A DNA stretch of 59,810 nt from Octopus bimaculoides (lineage: Eukaryota). The notes below the pieces were generated by a model, which saw nothing but the letters and a program-made list of their open reading frames with translations, searched no databases and was not told where the DNA came from. This document shows positions 1 to 12,829 of the stretch, piece after piece. A program made the position numbers and the translations under genes. Position 1 is the stretch's first letter; each line of letters opens with the position of its first letter. The stretch is taken from the NCBI RefSeq assembly GCF_001194135.2, contig NC_068982.1:85495028-85554837 (forward strand), in the 5' to 3' direction.

Positions 1-7
1 TGCAGCA

Positions 8-52
8 CGAACGGATCCGGATTTCAGGGTTATTTCCCTTCGTCGGCGTCCG
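8..52 (-). ncRNA. Minimal type-I hammerhead ribozyme motif (U4C core variant)
   Basis: Minus strand reads CGGACG-CCGACGA-AGGG aaataa CCCT-GAA-ATCCGGAT-C-CGTTCG. Stem I (6 bp, one G-U), stem II (4 bp) and a palindromic stem III pair by eye. The core differs from CUGANGA at position 4. Confidence 0.65.
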
Positions 53-91
53 ATAGCCGCTGACCTTGGTGAGAGAGACAAAAACCTGGCA

Positions 92-250
92 ATCTTATAT
101 CTTCTTTTCAAGTGAAATTCTTCACTGATATCGAAAAGGTGAAAACAAGCAATGTTAATTCTCTAAATGAAGTATTAACAGTAACTGCACGATAAAGTGT
201 AGTATATTGCCACTTAAGTGTGGCTGACCCCTAGGGGTGGATGTTACTGT
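92..250. repeat. Single-arm copy of the fold-back repeat family at 29288-29705
   Basis: Matches the reverse complement of ~29540-29705 (aaacaagcaat...ctgcacga...tgccacttaagtgtggctgaccc...ggtggatg). Confidence 0.7.
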
Positions 251-299
251 TATATATATATATATACACATACACACACACATACACACATACATATAT

Positions 300-500
300 C
301 ATCATTTTAATGTCCACTTTTCTGGGTTGAACTGAATTTATTGAGACAGATTTTCTCCAGCTTAATATCCTTCTTGTCACCAACCGTCACCTCTTTTCAT
401 GTGAGGTAATATTTCTTGATGGTCAGACATGTTCACGCATCATAATGGAAATGAGTGACACTGCTTGTATGCCAGTGACAATCATTTACAACTATTATGC
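300..500 (-). mobile_element. SINE-like repeat fragment (family also at 775-910 and 26600-26810)
   Basis: Reverse-complement similarity to 26620-26800 (ggaaacagatga...gtgaca...gtagaaaatctgcct), which ends in an RTE-like (GAT)n tail. Confidence 0.55.
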
Positions 501-508
501 AAGGCAAG

Positions 509-509
509 G

Positions 510-569
<60 letters not shown>
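509..569. repeat. (CA)n microsatellite
   Basis: Directly visible; explains the THTH ORF at 497-718. Confidence 0.97.
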
Positions 570-574
<5 letters not shown>

Positions 575-2090
575 GCAAGTTTCTTTCATTTTCTGTCAGC
601 TAAATCCACTGTTTGGCCCTGGGTTATAGCAGAAACACTTGCTCAAGGTTCCACGTGTGTGTGTAGGTGTGTGTCTTTGTGTCTCCTGGTTTTGACATTA
701 ACTGATAGATGTAAATAATTGTCATTGTCATACACAAGGTGTCATTTATTTCCAATATTTTATGATATCCTGTGTAGCCAAGAGGAAATATTTCCTTGCT
801 TAGAAACAGATGAGGGTTAGTGACAGAGAAAGCATCCCTCTGTAGAAAATCTGCCTGTTATAATTCCATTTGACATATGCATATATGGAAACATGGACAT
901 TAAAACAATGACAGTATATGGCAGGCTTGCATGCAATTTCCATCGAATAAAAAAATTTCACTCACATGTCTTTAATTAAGTTGTGGAAGACCATCGATCA
1001 AGGTGCTATGGAATCACATGCCAAGTAACTTTCTTTACCTTTTTCCCTTTGTCAAAACTTTAATATATATCTCTACATTTGTGCATGCATACGGGGCCAT
1101 ATTTATTTAATTGTATTTTCAGTTCATATCTTTTTCTGATATATTTCAAGAGTTTTCATTGGTGTCATTTTGTTTTTCTATGTCGTTCCTTGTAAATATT
1201 ACCAGTGCTAATTATAAATATTGTAAATGTTGATGGACCAGTTTTCCATTTAACCTAAGTCCATGGTCTAGTTTCAACTAATAGCTGATACATTTTCACT
1301 TAGTATATGCCATGCTATTACCCTGTGGAAAGACACAAATATCATAACTACCCAATTTCCTTCTGTAAAAGCACAAAAAGACCTCTAGTTTTGTTTCTAC
1401 ATAAAAATGTATTATAAGTAAATAATAATGGATGTAATGTGTACATTTATCTTTTCAACATACTCCTTTGCACTAGAACATGGAATTCTCCTTATTGATC
1501 TTATTTGCAAAAGCAGTGACCCCAATCTCTGAATGATATCAATGAACTGCATGACATGTTTCAGTATGATTTTTGCCACTGACAACTGAGGAATCAAAAA
1601 ATCATTCAGTAACTGTGTTTTGCCGTCTACTGATAACACTTTGAGCTTGTATCAATACGTTCCTACATGCAAAAGAAATTTTTTCTGTAAGAGTCTCATA
1701 GTAAATGTTTGTCATGTTCCAGCATGCAGGAACATGTTAAATTTAAATTTACACACCATGAATTTCTTTTATCTAATACTTACTTAATTTCTTGTTTAAT
1801 TATTTTGATTTTTCTCTTGGTTGAGTTACTGTTATGTTGTTTAAAACATATTCCAATAAATCTTTATATAATAATATTGATAATTAAATTTGTTCCAGAA
1901 TTAATCAAATGAAATAAATCTTTGTTGTTATTTTTGCTTTTATAGTAAATAATTGAAAATGAACACTTCATTAATTACATTAAACCCTCTTATTACATGA
2001 AATCTCGAATAAATATTGTCAATGAAATCTACAAGGATATGGGAAAATAATTCTTCAAACAAAATTTCTGTTTTATTCTATACTTTTCAG

Positions 2091-2277
2091 TGTTCAATTA
2101 CATCGTTCTACCTCTTCAACAACATCTGACCCTTTGCGGGATGATGCTCTGAGTTCACAATATCCATCTTCTCCAAATAATGCTACCAACAGTTACTCTA
2201 GCAAATTCTACCTACTACTCAAGGATTCAGAACAGCGAGAAAAATTATTGAATATACTCAATACAGATCACACAGAG
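2091..2277 (+). CDS. MAP3K5: Internal exon of ASK-family MAP3K (MAP3K5/MAP3K15-like), post-kinase region
   Basis: Acceptor tacttttcag|, donor GAG|gtacag. Open frame VQLHRSTSSTTSDPLRDDALSSQYPSSPNNATNSYSSKFYLLLKDSEQREKLLNILNTDHTE. FYLLLKDSEQREKLLNIL resembles human ASK1 FFMLRKDSERRATLHRIL as recalled. The paralog (5 vs 15) cannot be assigned. Confidence 0.85.
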
Positions 2278-3508
2278 GTACAGTGAATATCATTTCACTA
2301 TCTTTTTAACAAATATTTTCTATGCAGGTAGCAATGAATGGATCTGTAGTGTGTGTGTGTGGGGGGGGATTCACTATTTGTCATAATCTATTATCATTTT
2401 ATTCGTGATGCTCAGCCCCCTATCTCTACCACTCATGCCTTTAACTCTTTTGTTACCATACATTTATTACCTTTGTTTCAGTTAATTTTGAAAAAATGAA
2501 GTATTTAGTAAAATAACTGACATTATTAAGCTGTATTTTTTACATTTAAATGAAACATTTATATTCAACTAGCGGGACCCATGAATATTTCACAGAATTA
2601 ATGGTAAACTTTATCCAAAAGACCTGAAAGCAAAGCCACTGTTGTGTCTGTATGGAAAAATAGTTGCTTATCTGCTACTCATTGAAAAGTGAAAGAAATT
2701 GAAAGAATGATTACTTAATACACTTTATATACTTTATGCACAAATTTATAGCCTTAAAACACACCACTCATAAAATAAATATTCACTCTTATTTTTCCAT
2801 TTTCTCCATAAACAAAAAAAAGAAATATCCTGTACATATGATACAACCTTTAGTTAAATTGCGAATATCTGCCACATAAATAACCATGAATATTTTGCTG
2901 AATTACACTTATGCACATGCATTAAGTGATAGGTGATATACAAAAACAGTTCAATTAAAAGAAAATGCACTTTTTACTATCCAGTCACCACTGCCTCCAA
3001 CACCATCACCATCCTCAACTCTCCCTCTCTTCTCTCTCACTCCCCTCTCTTTCTCCTCTCTCTCCTCTTTTCTCTTTTGCCTATCTGCCTTTCTTTAACC
3101 TCACCATCAATATCACCCCTCTGCTAAAATTGTTTTTAACTCCCCTCTTCTACTTTCAACTAACTTTTTTAACCACATTATAAATATTACGTTCCCCCTA
3201 CCTTACATCATGGACACTTCTCTCTCCTTTTCTTTCTTCCTCTTTCTGTCTCTTTGCTTCTGCCTAAGTAACGCAATGACAAGTAGAATTATTATAAGAT
3301 TAGTAATGAGTATAGACAGTTTGGGGTAAATGAAGGAAGAGCAAATTTGATATTACAGAAAAAGAGATTCATACACATATATACATAGATGCACACACAC
3401 ACACCTACACATTTATAAATATAATGGATATAAACAAGTCTATATTTGTAGATCTTTACAAACATATCTAAATACACATATTCTTATATACAAGTACATA
3501 TATACATA

Positions 3509-4357
3509 CGAGGTCTGATCAATAATTATCCAGACTTGCCATAGTAACAAAGCTAAAGCATGCAGAGTGGAGCCACTTGGCAAAGATTGACCTTAAACTC
3601 TGTTGTGTATGCACACTAAGTTTTAACACTCTAGCTCACTTCCACTGTTTATAACAGTGCTTGGAAGGAAGGTGTGTAGCATATTATCATCACATTGACC
3701 ATAACGGAGAAAGTTGCCATGGCAATACCTTCTCAGAGGCTTAAACAAAGTTGAAGAAAGTGTATGGAGAGGAGTGTATGAGCTGCACACAAGTGTATGA
3801 GTAGTTCAGACATTTCCAAGATGGCTCAAAAAATGTCGATATTGACCAACGTTTTGGGAGACCCACAACCAGAAGAACTGAGAAAAACATTGCAGATGTG
3901 CTTGCAGATATGAGGAGAGATCATCAAATCACCATCCGTGAGTTATCAGAGAATGTGCAGATTAGTTACGGTTCAGTTTAGTCCATTTGGGTATGAGACA
4001 TGTGTCTGCCAAGTTTGTGCCAAAACTGTTTTCAGCTGACCAAAAAGACACTGGGGTTTCAGTTGCACAAGATCTTGACTGTGTCAAGAACGGTGAAAAC
4101 TTTTTGAAAACTTTGCGTAGGCCTCTGAACAGTTATCACCAAGCTTTTGGCAAAATTTGATGCTGATTCTCTGTTGAACTTTCTTTGTCATGGTCAATCT
4201 GATGATCACACACTACACACTTTCCTTCCAAGCACAGTAGAAGTGAGCTAGAACACTAAAACTTAGTGGTGCATGCACAACAGAATTTGTGGTCAATCTG
4301 TGTCAAGCAGCTTCACTCTGCATGCTATAGCTTCATTACTATGCCAACAGTCTGGAT
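3509..4357 (+). mobile_element. Internally deleted mariner element with ~190 bp inverted ends
   Basis: Left end TA|CGAGGTCTGATCAATAATTATCCAGAC. Decayed transposase N-terminus (ITIRELSENVQISYGSV...MRHVSAKFVPKL). 4170-4357 is the reverse complement of 3530-3715. Confidence 0.8.
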
Positions 4358-5166
4358 GATACATATATACACACACATATACTTCTACATACACACATAT
4401 ACACATACACACACACACACACATATATATATGTACATATTTGCACACATGCATGTACATATATGCATACTTACACACCTGTGCACATGCACTCATACAG
4501 ACAAATATACAAATATTCATATACACTTATATTTAGACATACATACATCATCACATGCTGAATTGAAACAAAGAATGCTATAGTTACATATATCTTTTTG
4601 ACACAACAAAAAATACAAATGTTTGTATAACAAAATATATAAAGCAGTAAGGTATAATTTTGTCATTGAGAGAGGGTTGAAATATAGATATGTTTGTATA
4701 CAATTTTAGCAGGTAACAAAGCAAAAGAAATAATAATAGTAATAGCATTTATACATCAATGAGTAGACACTCATAGAAACATGTACACATATATTGTCCG
4801 TATATGCATACATTTTATTGTACATAACTGGAACACACACACACACACACAAAATGTGCACACGTGAAAGAAGAGACCCAAAGTTTTTTAATCGTTGTTT
4901 TCATAACTAAAAAGGTTTTAAAAAATAATATGAAGTAAGTTTTACATAGTAAATGAATATATAATTTATGGTAATATGTGTTTCATGAAAATTAAGATTG
5001 AGCTATTACAGATAATAGAAAGATAGATATACAGATATGTCTTATATATTATACACACATATTCATGTGCACAAAATATATATACCCATATATACATTTT
5101 TTTTCTTGTATATATATGTATATATATTTATATGCACACACAGATACATACATATATGAACACATT

Positions 5167-5205
<39 letters not shown>

Positions 5206-5939
5206 GCATACATATATATAAATATAACTGAAAACCAAGAGGAGAATTGAGTTTTACTCACATCCAAAACTTTTTTTTTAAAACTTGTTTATTCACATCC
5301 AAGTTTTCTGCAGCATATATAACAATGACCAACATATGTTTCTACTGCAGTGACTGCACTTTGCTGTATGCAATTATGCTTTGTAGTTGCTGCAATTTTA
5401 TCAAGAGTCCATCACTTACAACATTTCCAAAGTGAACTAATTCAAACAAGCTTCCTGCATTGGTATTCAGTTGAAGGTGATAGCGTTACTTTTTGAATCG
5501 AATCGAATTCTGGTGTTATAATCACCTCTACTTGTATTACAACTGAATCGTATTTCTAAAATGTTCATTTATATTACAGTTAATTGTCTCATATCCTGTT
5601 CCTCTCTAGTGTTTATAAGAATAAATTTAGAAGTGAAAATTTGGTACATTTCTCCCACACAAAGGTCACATTTATTATTGCCTGTTTTATAAGGTTTTGC
5701 CTTACTAATTATTTCCCAAGCAATGGAAAATACTTTGTCACTATCTTTTAGTACCCAAAATCAGCTTACTAAGGCTGGTAATATTCATTTTGTTTCTATT
5801 TCTAAGCAAACTTAAATGATTGGCAATTCTTTGCTTAATATAACATAAGCTAACTCCTATATATAACATAAGCTAACTCCTATATAGAAATACTCTCTAT
5901 TCTCTGAGGTAATCTTACATCTGTATATGATATTTTTAT

Positions 5940-7200
5940 GCCTACAATTAGAGTTAAGCAGACAGACCCTGTTCCTTGTACAGTAGCATTTAATAGTTCA
6001 GCTACTTCTATTAATAATATCCACTTCACATTCTTTAGATGTGATTTCTATATTTTTCTGTCTATCTTCTAAGCTATTAGTCTGTTGCACGTAGACAACA
6101 TTTTGAGTACTGTGCTTTTTAGGATTCACATCTACTTCCAGGCTAATGGGGAAGTTCACTCAGGTCTCTTCTATTTTATTGGTGGTCAAACCATAGTTCG
6201 TATCCTGATACCTAGTTGTGTCGCTTATGGTTTGTTCGCTCATGTTGACATTGTTGCTATTTATTGATCTATAACTATAATTCTGGCTACTATTATTGCT
6301 ATTGTTCATATGAAAACTGCTAATTTTACTAGCTTTATGTGCTGCTATAATCTGTGCTAGATTTTTGCTATTAGAAAAAGTTAATCTAATCCTATGTTTA
6401 TTAAAAATTCTATAGTATTTATTGTCTTTTGGAAAATGTTTAGTCAGTGCTGAATAAAACAATTTTGGTATATTGGAAATTATTTGTTTTCCTTAGCGAA
6501 TTATATACCATTCAATATAACTAGAGGTATCTATATTATTGAGTTATATATTTCTATTTCAACCTAAACTTTTTGTAAAAGTCTGTAATCTATTTATCTG
6601 GTTCTTATTATGGCATTGAGTTTGTTTGCTGTTATATTTGACATTATTATTTGTATAGTACTATTTATAGAGCTAATGTATTGTTTACTTCCCCTATCTG
6701 AATGGGACCACTTAGTAGGTCCATTCATATCTAAGCCACTTTGTACTTTATTTGGCATAGATTCATGTAAATTTTTACTCATTTTGTTTCTAGGTACTCT
6801 ATTGTTATATTCTAATTGCACAGACTTCCTATCAATAACTCTTCCTACTGTCTATACTTTTTGGTTAGTGGTGTTCTTCATATTATGCATTCTGTTTTGA
6901 TTATTGTCAGGATGGTTCATCCCATTACATATTTAATTTCTATTATTACTACCGTCAAAGAAATAATACCGTTATTATTTTTATTATTACTACTGTTAAT
7001 TTTTCTCTATATTCTGCCCTCTCTAATGCTAAATTATAAAAGTCTTCATTTAGTTTAAATACTTCCTCGTTTGCTGAGAGGTTAATAATGTGGGTTGATA
7101 TATTTTCTACTATAGATCGAGTTATACTGTTTGGGGAATTGCTATTTTTGTGAATGTATCTAAGGTTTGTATTAAGTTTATGATATGTCCTGTATATACC
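5940..7200 (-). mobile_element. Highly decayed Penelope-like element (RT region)
   Basis: Broken Asn/Ile-rich minus-strand frames resembling PLE RT (G.A.GTKM-like stretch near 6790). Confidence 0.5.
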
Positions 7201-7595
7201 TGTACAAGAAAGTTAACTGATTGTTTGGGATTGTTACTAGACACAGTCACTTAACTGTTACAACTTAAAGTGATGGTGCCAAACAAATTTTCATGTGACA
7301 TCAAGGAACAGACAGAGCAGGGACTTAAGAAAATTTCAAAACCTAATCATGTGATCATCCAATCAAATTGTATCCAAAGCAGACACTAATTTGACCCATG
7401 TTCTCTATATAAAAACAACAGAATTTTTGGACTCCAGTCAGAAGCGAGATAGCTGCAGCATAGCTCAACTTCTGAAAACCAGAAACCAGTTAATCTTTAA
7501 AAATTTAAGAACAAACAATCTAAATGAATCTCAGTGCATTCTCAACTTCTTTTTTCTATATTTCTACCCTTGTGGAATAAAATAACTTTGTTTTC

Positions 7596-7629
<34 letters not shown>

Positions 7630-7635
<6 letters not shown>

Positions 7636-9940
7636 AGAAAAGAAATGTGTCTGTATGGATGATGGTTCACTTGCATTAAATGAGGCTGCAAACAGAGAGG
7701 TTTGGAGATGCCACTACGATAGATTTCTTAATAAAGAGAATGAATGGGAGAAAGAGAGTCTACCGAATGTCGACTCAACAGAGGGACCAGCTATCCAAGT
7801 TGACAGTACCTTGGTAGATAAAGCAATCAAGAGTTTGAAGACAGGGAAAGCCCCCTGGCCCATCAGGAATCACTGCAGAGATGCTCAAAATATCAGGCAG
7901 TGTCGGCTATGACCTAGTCAGCCATATAGTTAACCAGCTGATACATGAAGGGGTCATACCCAATGACTGGTGTAGCAGCACTATAGTCAACTGTTACAAA
8001 GCTAAAGGTGACGCTTTAGATACAAATAATTACAGAGGTATCAAATTGTTGGATCAGGTAATGAAAGTTACAGAGAGGGTCATAGCTAACTCATTAAAGA
8101 GAGAATCAGTCTAGATGAGATGCTGTTTGGATTCGTGCCAGGGAAAAGCACCACTGATGCTGTATTCCTGGTACGACAACTACAGGAAAAATACCTAGCC
8201 AAAGATGAACCTCTGTACCTGGGTTTTGTTGACATGGAGAAAGCCTTTGACAGGGTCCCCTGATCCCTTATCTCGTGGTCAATGACGAAACTAGGGATAG
8301 ATGAATTGTTAGTGAGAGCTATGCAAGCCAGGTACAAGGATGCTGTTAGTAAGGTGAGGGCAATGAGTACAGTGAAGAATTCCGAGTAATGGTTGGAGTC
8401 CACCAAGGATCAGTCCTCAGCCCCCTCTTATTCATCATAGTCCTCCAGGCAATAACACAGGAATTCAAGACAGGATGCCCCTGGGAGCTCCTCTAGGCTG
8501 ATGACCTTGCTCTAATTGCTGAGTCACTATCAGAACTAGAGGAAAAGTTTCAGGTGTGGAAGCAAGTATTAGAATCAAAGGACCTTAGAGTCAACTTAGC
8601 TAAAACCAAAGTCTTAATAAGTAGGAAGGCAGACAAACCACAAATCCCTTCAGGTGGATGGCCCTGCTCGATCTGTAGAAAAGGTGTAGGTAGAAACTCC
8701 ATAAGATGTACCCAGTGTAAGCTATGGACACATAAGAGGTGCAGCAATATCAAAGGAAGGCTAACTGGGAAGATAGTTTTTGTATGTAGCAAATGCTCAG
8801 GTGCTATAAACACTGAAAAGCTTCTGTAACATTCCAGGGAGAAAAGCTAGAAATAGTTGATAGCTTCCGCTATCTGGGGGACCAAGTCAGTAGCGGGGGT
8901 GGATGCTCTGAAAGTGTAGCTGCTTGAATAATAATAGTCTGGGCAAAGTTCAAAGAGCTTCTACCTCTGCTGGTGACAAAGGGCTTCTCACTCAGAGTAA
9001 AAGGTAGACTGTATGACGTATTTGTATGAACAGCCATGCTACATGACAGTGAAACATTGGCCGTGACTGCTGAGGACATGCATAAGTTTGCAAGGAATGA
9101 AGCCAGTATGCTCTGCTGGATGTGTAATGTCAGTGTGCATACACGACAGAGTGTAAGCACCCTGAGAGAAAAATTGGATCTAAGAAGCATCAGATGTGGT
9201 GTGGAAGAGAGGCAACTGTGCTGGAATGGTCATGTGTTGTGAATGAATGTCACACAATGGCAGTTGAGGGAACCTGTAGAAGGGCTAGACCCAGGAAGAC
9301 CTGGGATGAGGTGGTGAAGCACGACCTTCAAACATTGGACCTTACCGAGGCAATGACTAGTGACCGAGACCTTTGGAGATATGCTGTGCTTGAGAAGACC
9401 CAAAAAGTCAAGTGAGACCATAACCTGTGGTCTATGCCAGTGGGTGTAACCAGCCCACTTATGAGTACCCCTCATTCATTGGACAATAAAGTTTGCTTGC
9501 AAAGACCTATTGAGGCAAGTGAAATCAAAATCAAAATCGCTGACGTGGCAGATGATAGTACCGACTGATTGGTACTTGTGCCAGTGGAACATTAAAAGCA
9601 CATCGAGCATAATTGTTGTCAGTGTCACCTTACCTGCACATGAAAAATGAAAAACAACGTTCGAGCGTGGTCATTGCCAATGCCTCTGTACTGGCTCCCA
9701 TGCAGGTAGCATGTAAAAATCACCTTTTGAGCATGGTTGTTGCCAGAACTGCCTGACTGGCCCTCATGCCGGTGGCACATAAAAGCACCCACTACACTCT
9801 CAGAGTGGTTGGCATTAGGAAGGGCGTCCAGCTGTAGAAACTTTGCCAGATCAGATTGAGCCTGGTGCAGCCTTCTGGCTCACCAGTCTTCAGTCAAACC
9901 ATCCAAAAGCAGACGTTAAACAATGATGACGATGATGATG
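7630..9940 (+). mobile_element. RTE-clade LINE, 5'-truncated, frameshifted, with 3' UTR and tail
   Basis: NYRGIKLLDQVMKV, QFGFVPGKSTTDA, DMEKAFDRVP, HQGSVLSP, decayed YADD, zinc knuckle CTQCKLWTHKRC; tail acgttaaac(aatgat)n. Confidence 0.93.
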
Positions 9941-10125
9941 AAATATATAAATATAAAACATCTTAGTTGGTCAAGCAACTTTATAAAATCCCCATATCAT
10001 CACATTATTAAACATAAACACATTAAAACACCTGGGCATAAAAAAGCATAAAAATACATACATATATATATACACACACACACACATACACACACATATA
10101 TATACATTCACACAATTATACACAC

Positions 10126-10540
10126 NNNNNNNNNNNNNNNNNNNNNNNNNNNNNNNNNNNNNNNNNNNNNNNNNNNNNNNNNNNNNNNNNNNNNNNNNNN
10201 NNNNNNNNNNNNNNNNNNNNNNNNNNNNNNNNNNNNNNNNNNNNNNNNNNNNNNNNNNNNNNNNNNNNNNNNNNNNNNNNNNNNNNNNNNNNNNNNNNNN
10301 NNNNNNNNNNNNNNNNNNNNNNNNNNNNNNNNNNNNNNNNNNNNNNNNNNNNNNNNNNNNNNNNNNNNNNNNNNNNNNNNNNNNNNNNNNNNNNNNNNNN
10401 NNNNNNNNNNNNNNNNNNNNNNNNNNNNNNNNNNNNNNNNNNNNNNNNNNNNNNNNNNNNNNNNNNNNNNNNNNNNNNNNNNNNNNNNNNNNNNNNNNNN
10501 NNNNNNNNNNNNNNNNNNNNNNNNNNNNNNNNNNNNNNNN
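10126..10540. other. Assembly gap (N run)
   Basis: N characters. Other gaps: 20822-21649, 40265-40274, 48805-48826, 50848-50985, 55376-55395. Confidence 1.
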
Positions 10541-11599
10541 GTTTGTGGAACGTTTTAACACAATAGGTCCTTAGTTACTGAGTATATAGCTTGGAGACTT
10601 AATGTAGGTAATCCGTCGCTATCAATTTCTCTTTCACTCTGTTACAATCCTCTTTTGTTATAAGCGAATATTTCCTCTGAGAGGGCATTCCCTCACTCCC
10701 CGAAGTATCCACTCTAGCCAAAGGGAAAGGGTGGGTGGAGGTGGGGTGGGGTAAAGGTTCACATCAACTGTTTGTGTCCCTCTCATTTTTCTCTTTTTCC
10801 TTCTGTTTTCCATTCTTCTTTGCTTCCGTCCTCCACCTGGTCCTCTTTTCTTTCCATCTTACTGGGTTCCTCCTAGCTTACTCCTGCAACCTTTGTTATT
10901 ACAGGAAGTGGAGATTCAATTTTCTAACAAGATTCAATTCAACCACATGTTTTATTTTAATAAAAACTTTGCCTCCAACCTCTAACATTGTGAGACAAAT
11001 GCGATGATGTTGGCATCAGTGACAATGCATTATCATCTAAACTAGATGAAATTTCTGCAATTAACAACCATGCAGAAGTTTGTGACTTAGTGGCTTGTGA
11101 TTTCAATTTCGTTTTTGCAATGTAAACTTTTGGTTTTGAAGCATGAGAAAGATGGAAATGCTCGCCGAATGTTTTACATTAGATAAATTATCATTTTCCA
11201 GCATGGTATGCACTCTTGCTTTACATTCTCTATTTTCACATTTCCAATATGTTTTTTTCACCATATTTTCTAACTATCCTATAAACAAAGTTAAGACCAT
11301 CAACTAATTTCACACTGCTTATACCAGTTCCCACTTGATAGATCATTGTAATAGGTTGACTACACAAAAAAATATTGTTGAATGAATAATGAAATTTTAA
11401 ATGAGTTAAGAAATTATTTTACCCCTTCTTATTGGTTGAAACCTATAAGTACGGGGGTGCAGCTCATCTTTTGTTTTGCGGCAAAATTGTCTTGTGGTGA
11501 ACTTTGCTATGTGGCAAACTTTCCTACAGCCAAAAATCCTGAGGCAAATTTTCCTGTGGAAAAATGTTTGCAGTGAACTTTCCAGGTATGATCGATAGC

Positions 11600-12030
11600 G
11601 ACACTGAATGCAGCAGCTTTTTGTAATCCAACCTTTTGTTTTATTATTATGCTTTTAGCTATGTCAGTTATACGTCTCTCAATTGATCTTGCAGAAGCTG
11701 GTATTTCTTGAATTCAAGACAGTATTGTTTCAGCGTTTCGTAAAGCACTGGACAAAATTTTAGTACTTCTCAGAAAGGCGTTTTTGATAAATTTTCCATC
11801 TGTAAAAGGTTTACCTTTCTCAGATATACATTGAGCAATTGTGTAACTACATTTGTTGGCTTTATTTTTGGTTCCAAGCATTTGAACAGAAGTGCATTTT
11901 TTGCAACTAGAAATAACCGTTTTTATGGCTTCACTTTTCTCATTAGCGTTTTTAAATGTAGTCTGGTGTCTAGTTTGATAGTGTCTTTGTACACTTGATT
12001 TTAAAGGAGTCTATTTATAGATGACCCGCA
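11600..12030 (-). mobile_element. hAT transposase remnant (Buster/SPIN, GTF2IRD2-like)
   Basis: Minus-strand translation ...SYTIAQCISEKGKPFTDGKFIKNAFL...IQEIPASARSIERRITDIAK, containing the family-typical GKPFTDGE.IK and P.S.RT..RRI motifs. Confidence 0.75.
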
Positions 12031-12339
12031 AAGTAGGAGCCCTTTTTTAAGAGTGTCTTTATTTAGACTGGCCGCTATAAGATGGTTAACTAATTTTATG
12101 ATCTGCACTGCTAAATATACAACTGATTTAAAAAAATAAGCATTTGCAGCTCTAGCTCCTGGTTTAAGTAATAAAGTACATATAAATGCTTTCAGAACCA
12201 GCTTATAAACTAGTTAATTGTGCTAACATTTAAAATTTGGTATCGTCAAAATTGTGTTCAGTAGTACTATATTTTTAAGGAAATGTAATACTATGAAATA
12301 TATCTAACTTCGGATAGTTTAGGCTAGAATAGAGAGATC

Positions 12340-12800
12340 ATAAAAAAGATGTATCACAGCATACTTGTTTCATTTCTTCTAGTCTTTGCATGTCCTCTGC
12401 ATTCACAACCCAAGTTTTGCAACCATATAGCATTGCTGTTCATTGACAGGCATCATACAATCTGTCTTTCAACCTGAGAGAGAGGCCTTTTGTTACCAAC
12501 AGAGGTAACAGTTCTCTTAACTTTCTCCAGCCAGTTCTTATTCTAGTAACTATTCTTTCAGAGCATCATCTTTCACTGCTATTCAGTCACCTAGATAACA
12601 GAAACTATCCACTACTTTTAGGGAGCCTCCTGGGAATTTTAGAACATTTATTTCCCATTTGCTCTTATTATTTCTTGCTCTTGCACATCTGCCATAAACA
12701 AATTCTACTTTCTCTGTTAACCTTCCTATGATTCCACTGTATCTCTTGTGTGCTATAGTTTACACTGTGTACACTATGAACTTTCTACCTACACCTTGTC
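12340..12800 (-). mobile_element. Decayed RTE LINE 3' ORF fragment
   Basis: Reverse-complement similarity to 8700-9100. Confidence 0.7.
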
Positions 12801-12829
12801 TTTTTATACAACAAGGCCATTTACTTGTC

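Noticed and set aside
1412-1639. 75-aa minus-strand ORF that looks protein-like
   Set aside because: No recognisable motif. The nearest acceptor gives stops in all frames, and there are no partner exons.
5420-5555. Minus-strand segment with good acceptor (ttttag) and donor (gtaagt)
   Set aside because: All three frames contain a stop codon.
9971-10561. Long ORFs spanning N runs (also 20720-21680, 50783-51091)
   Set aside because: Artefacts of translating gaps.
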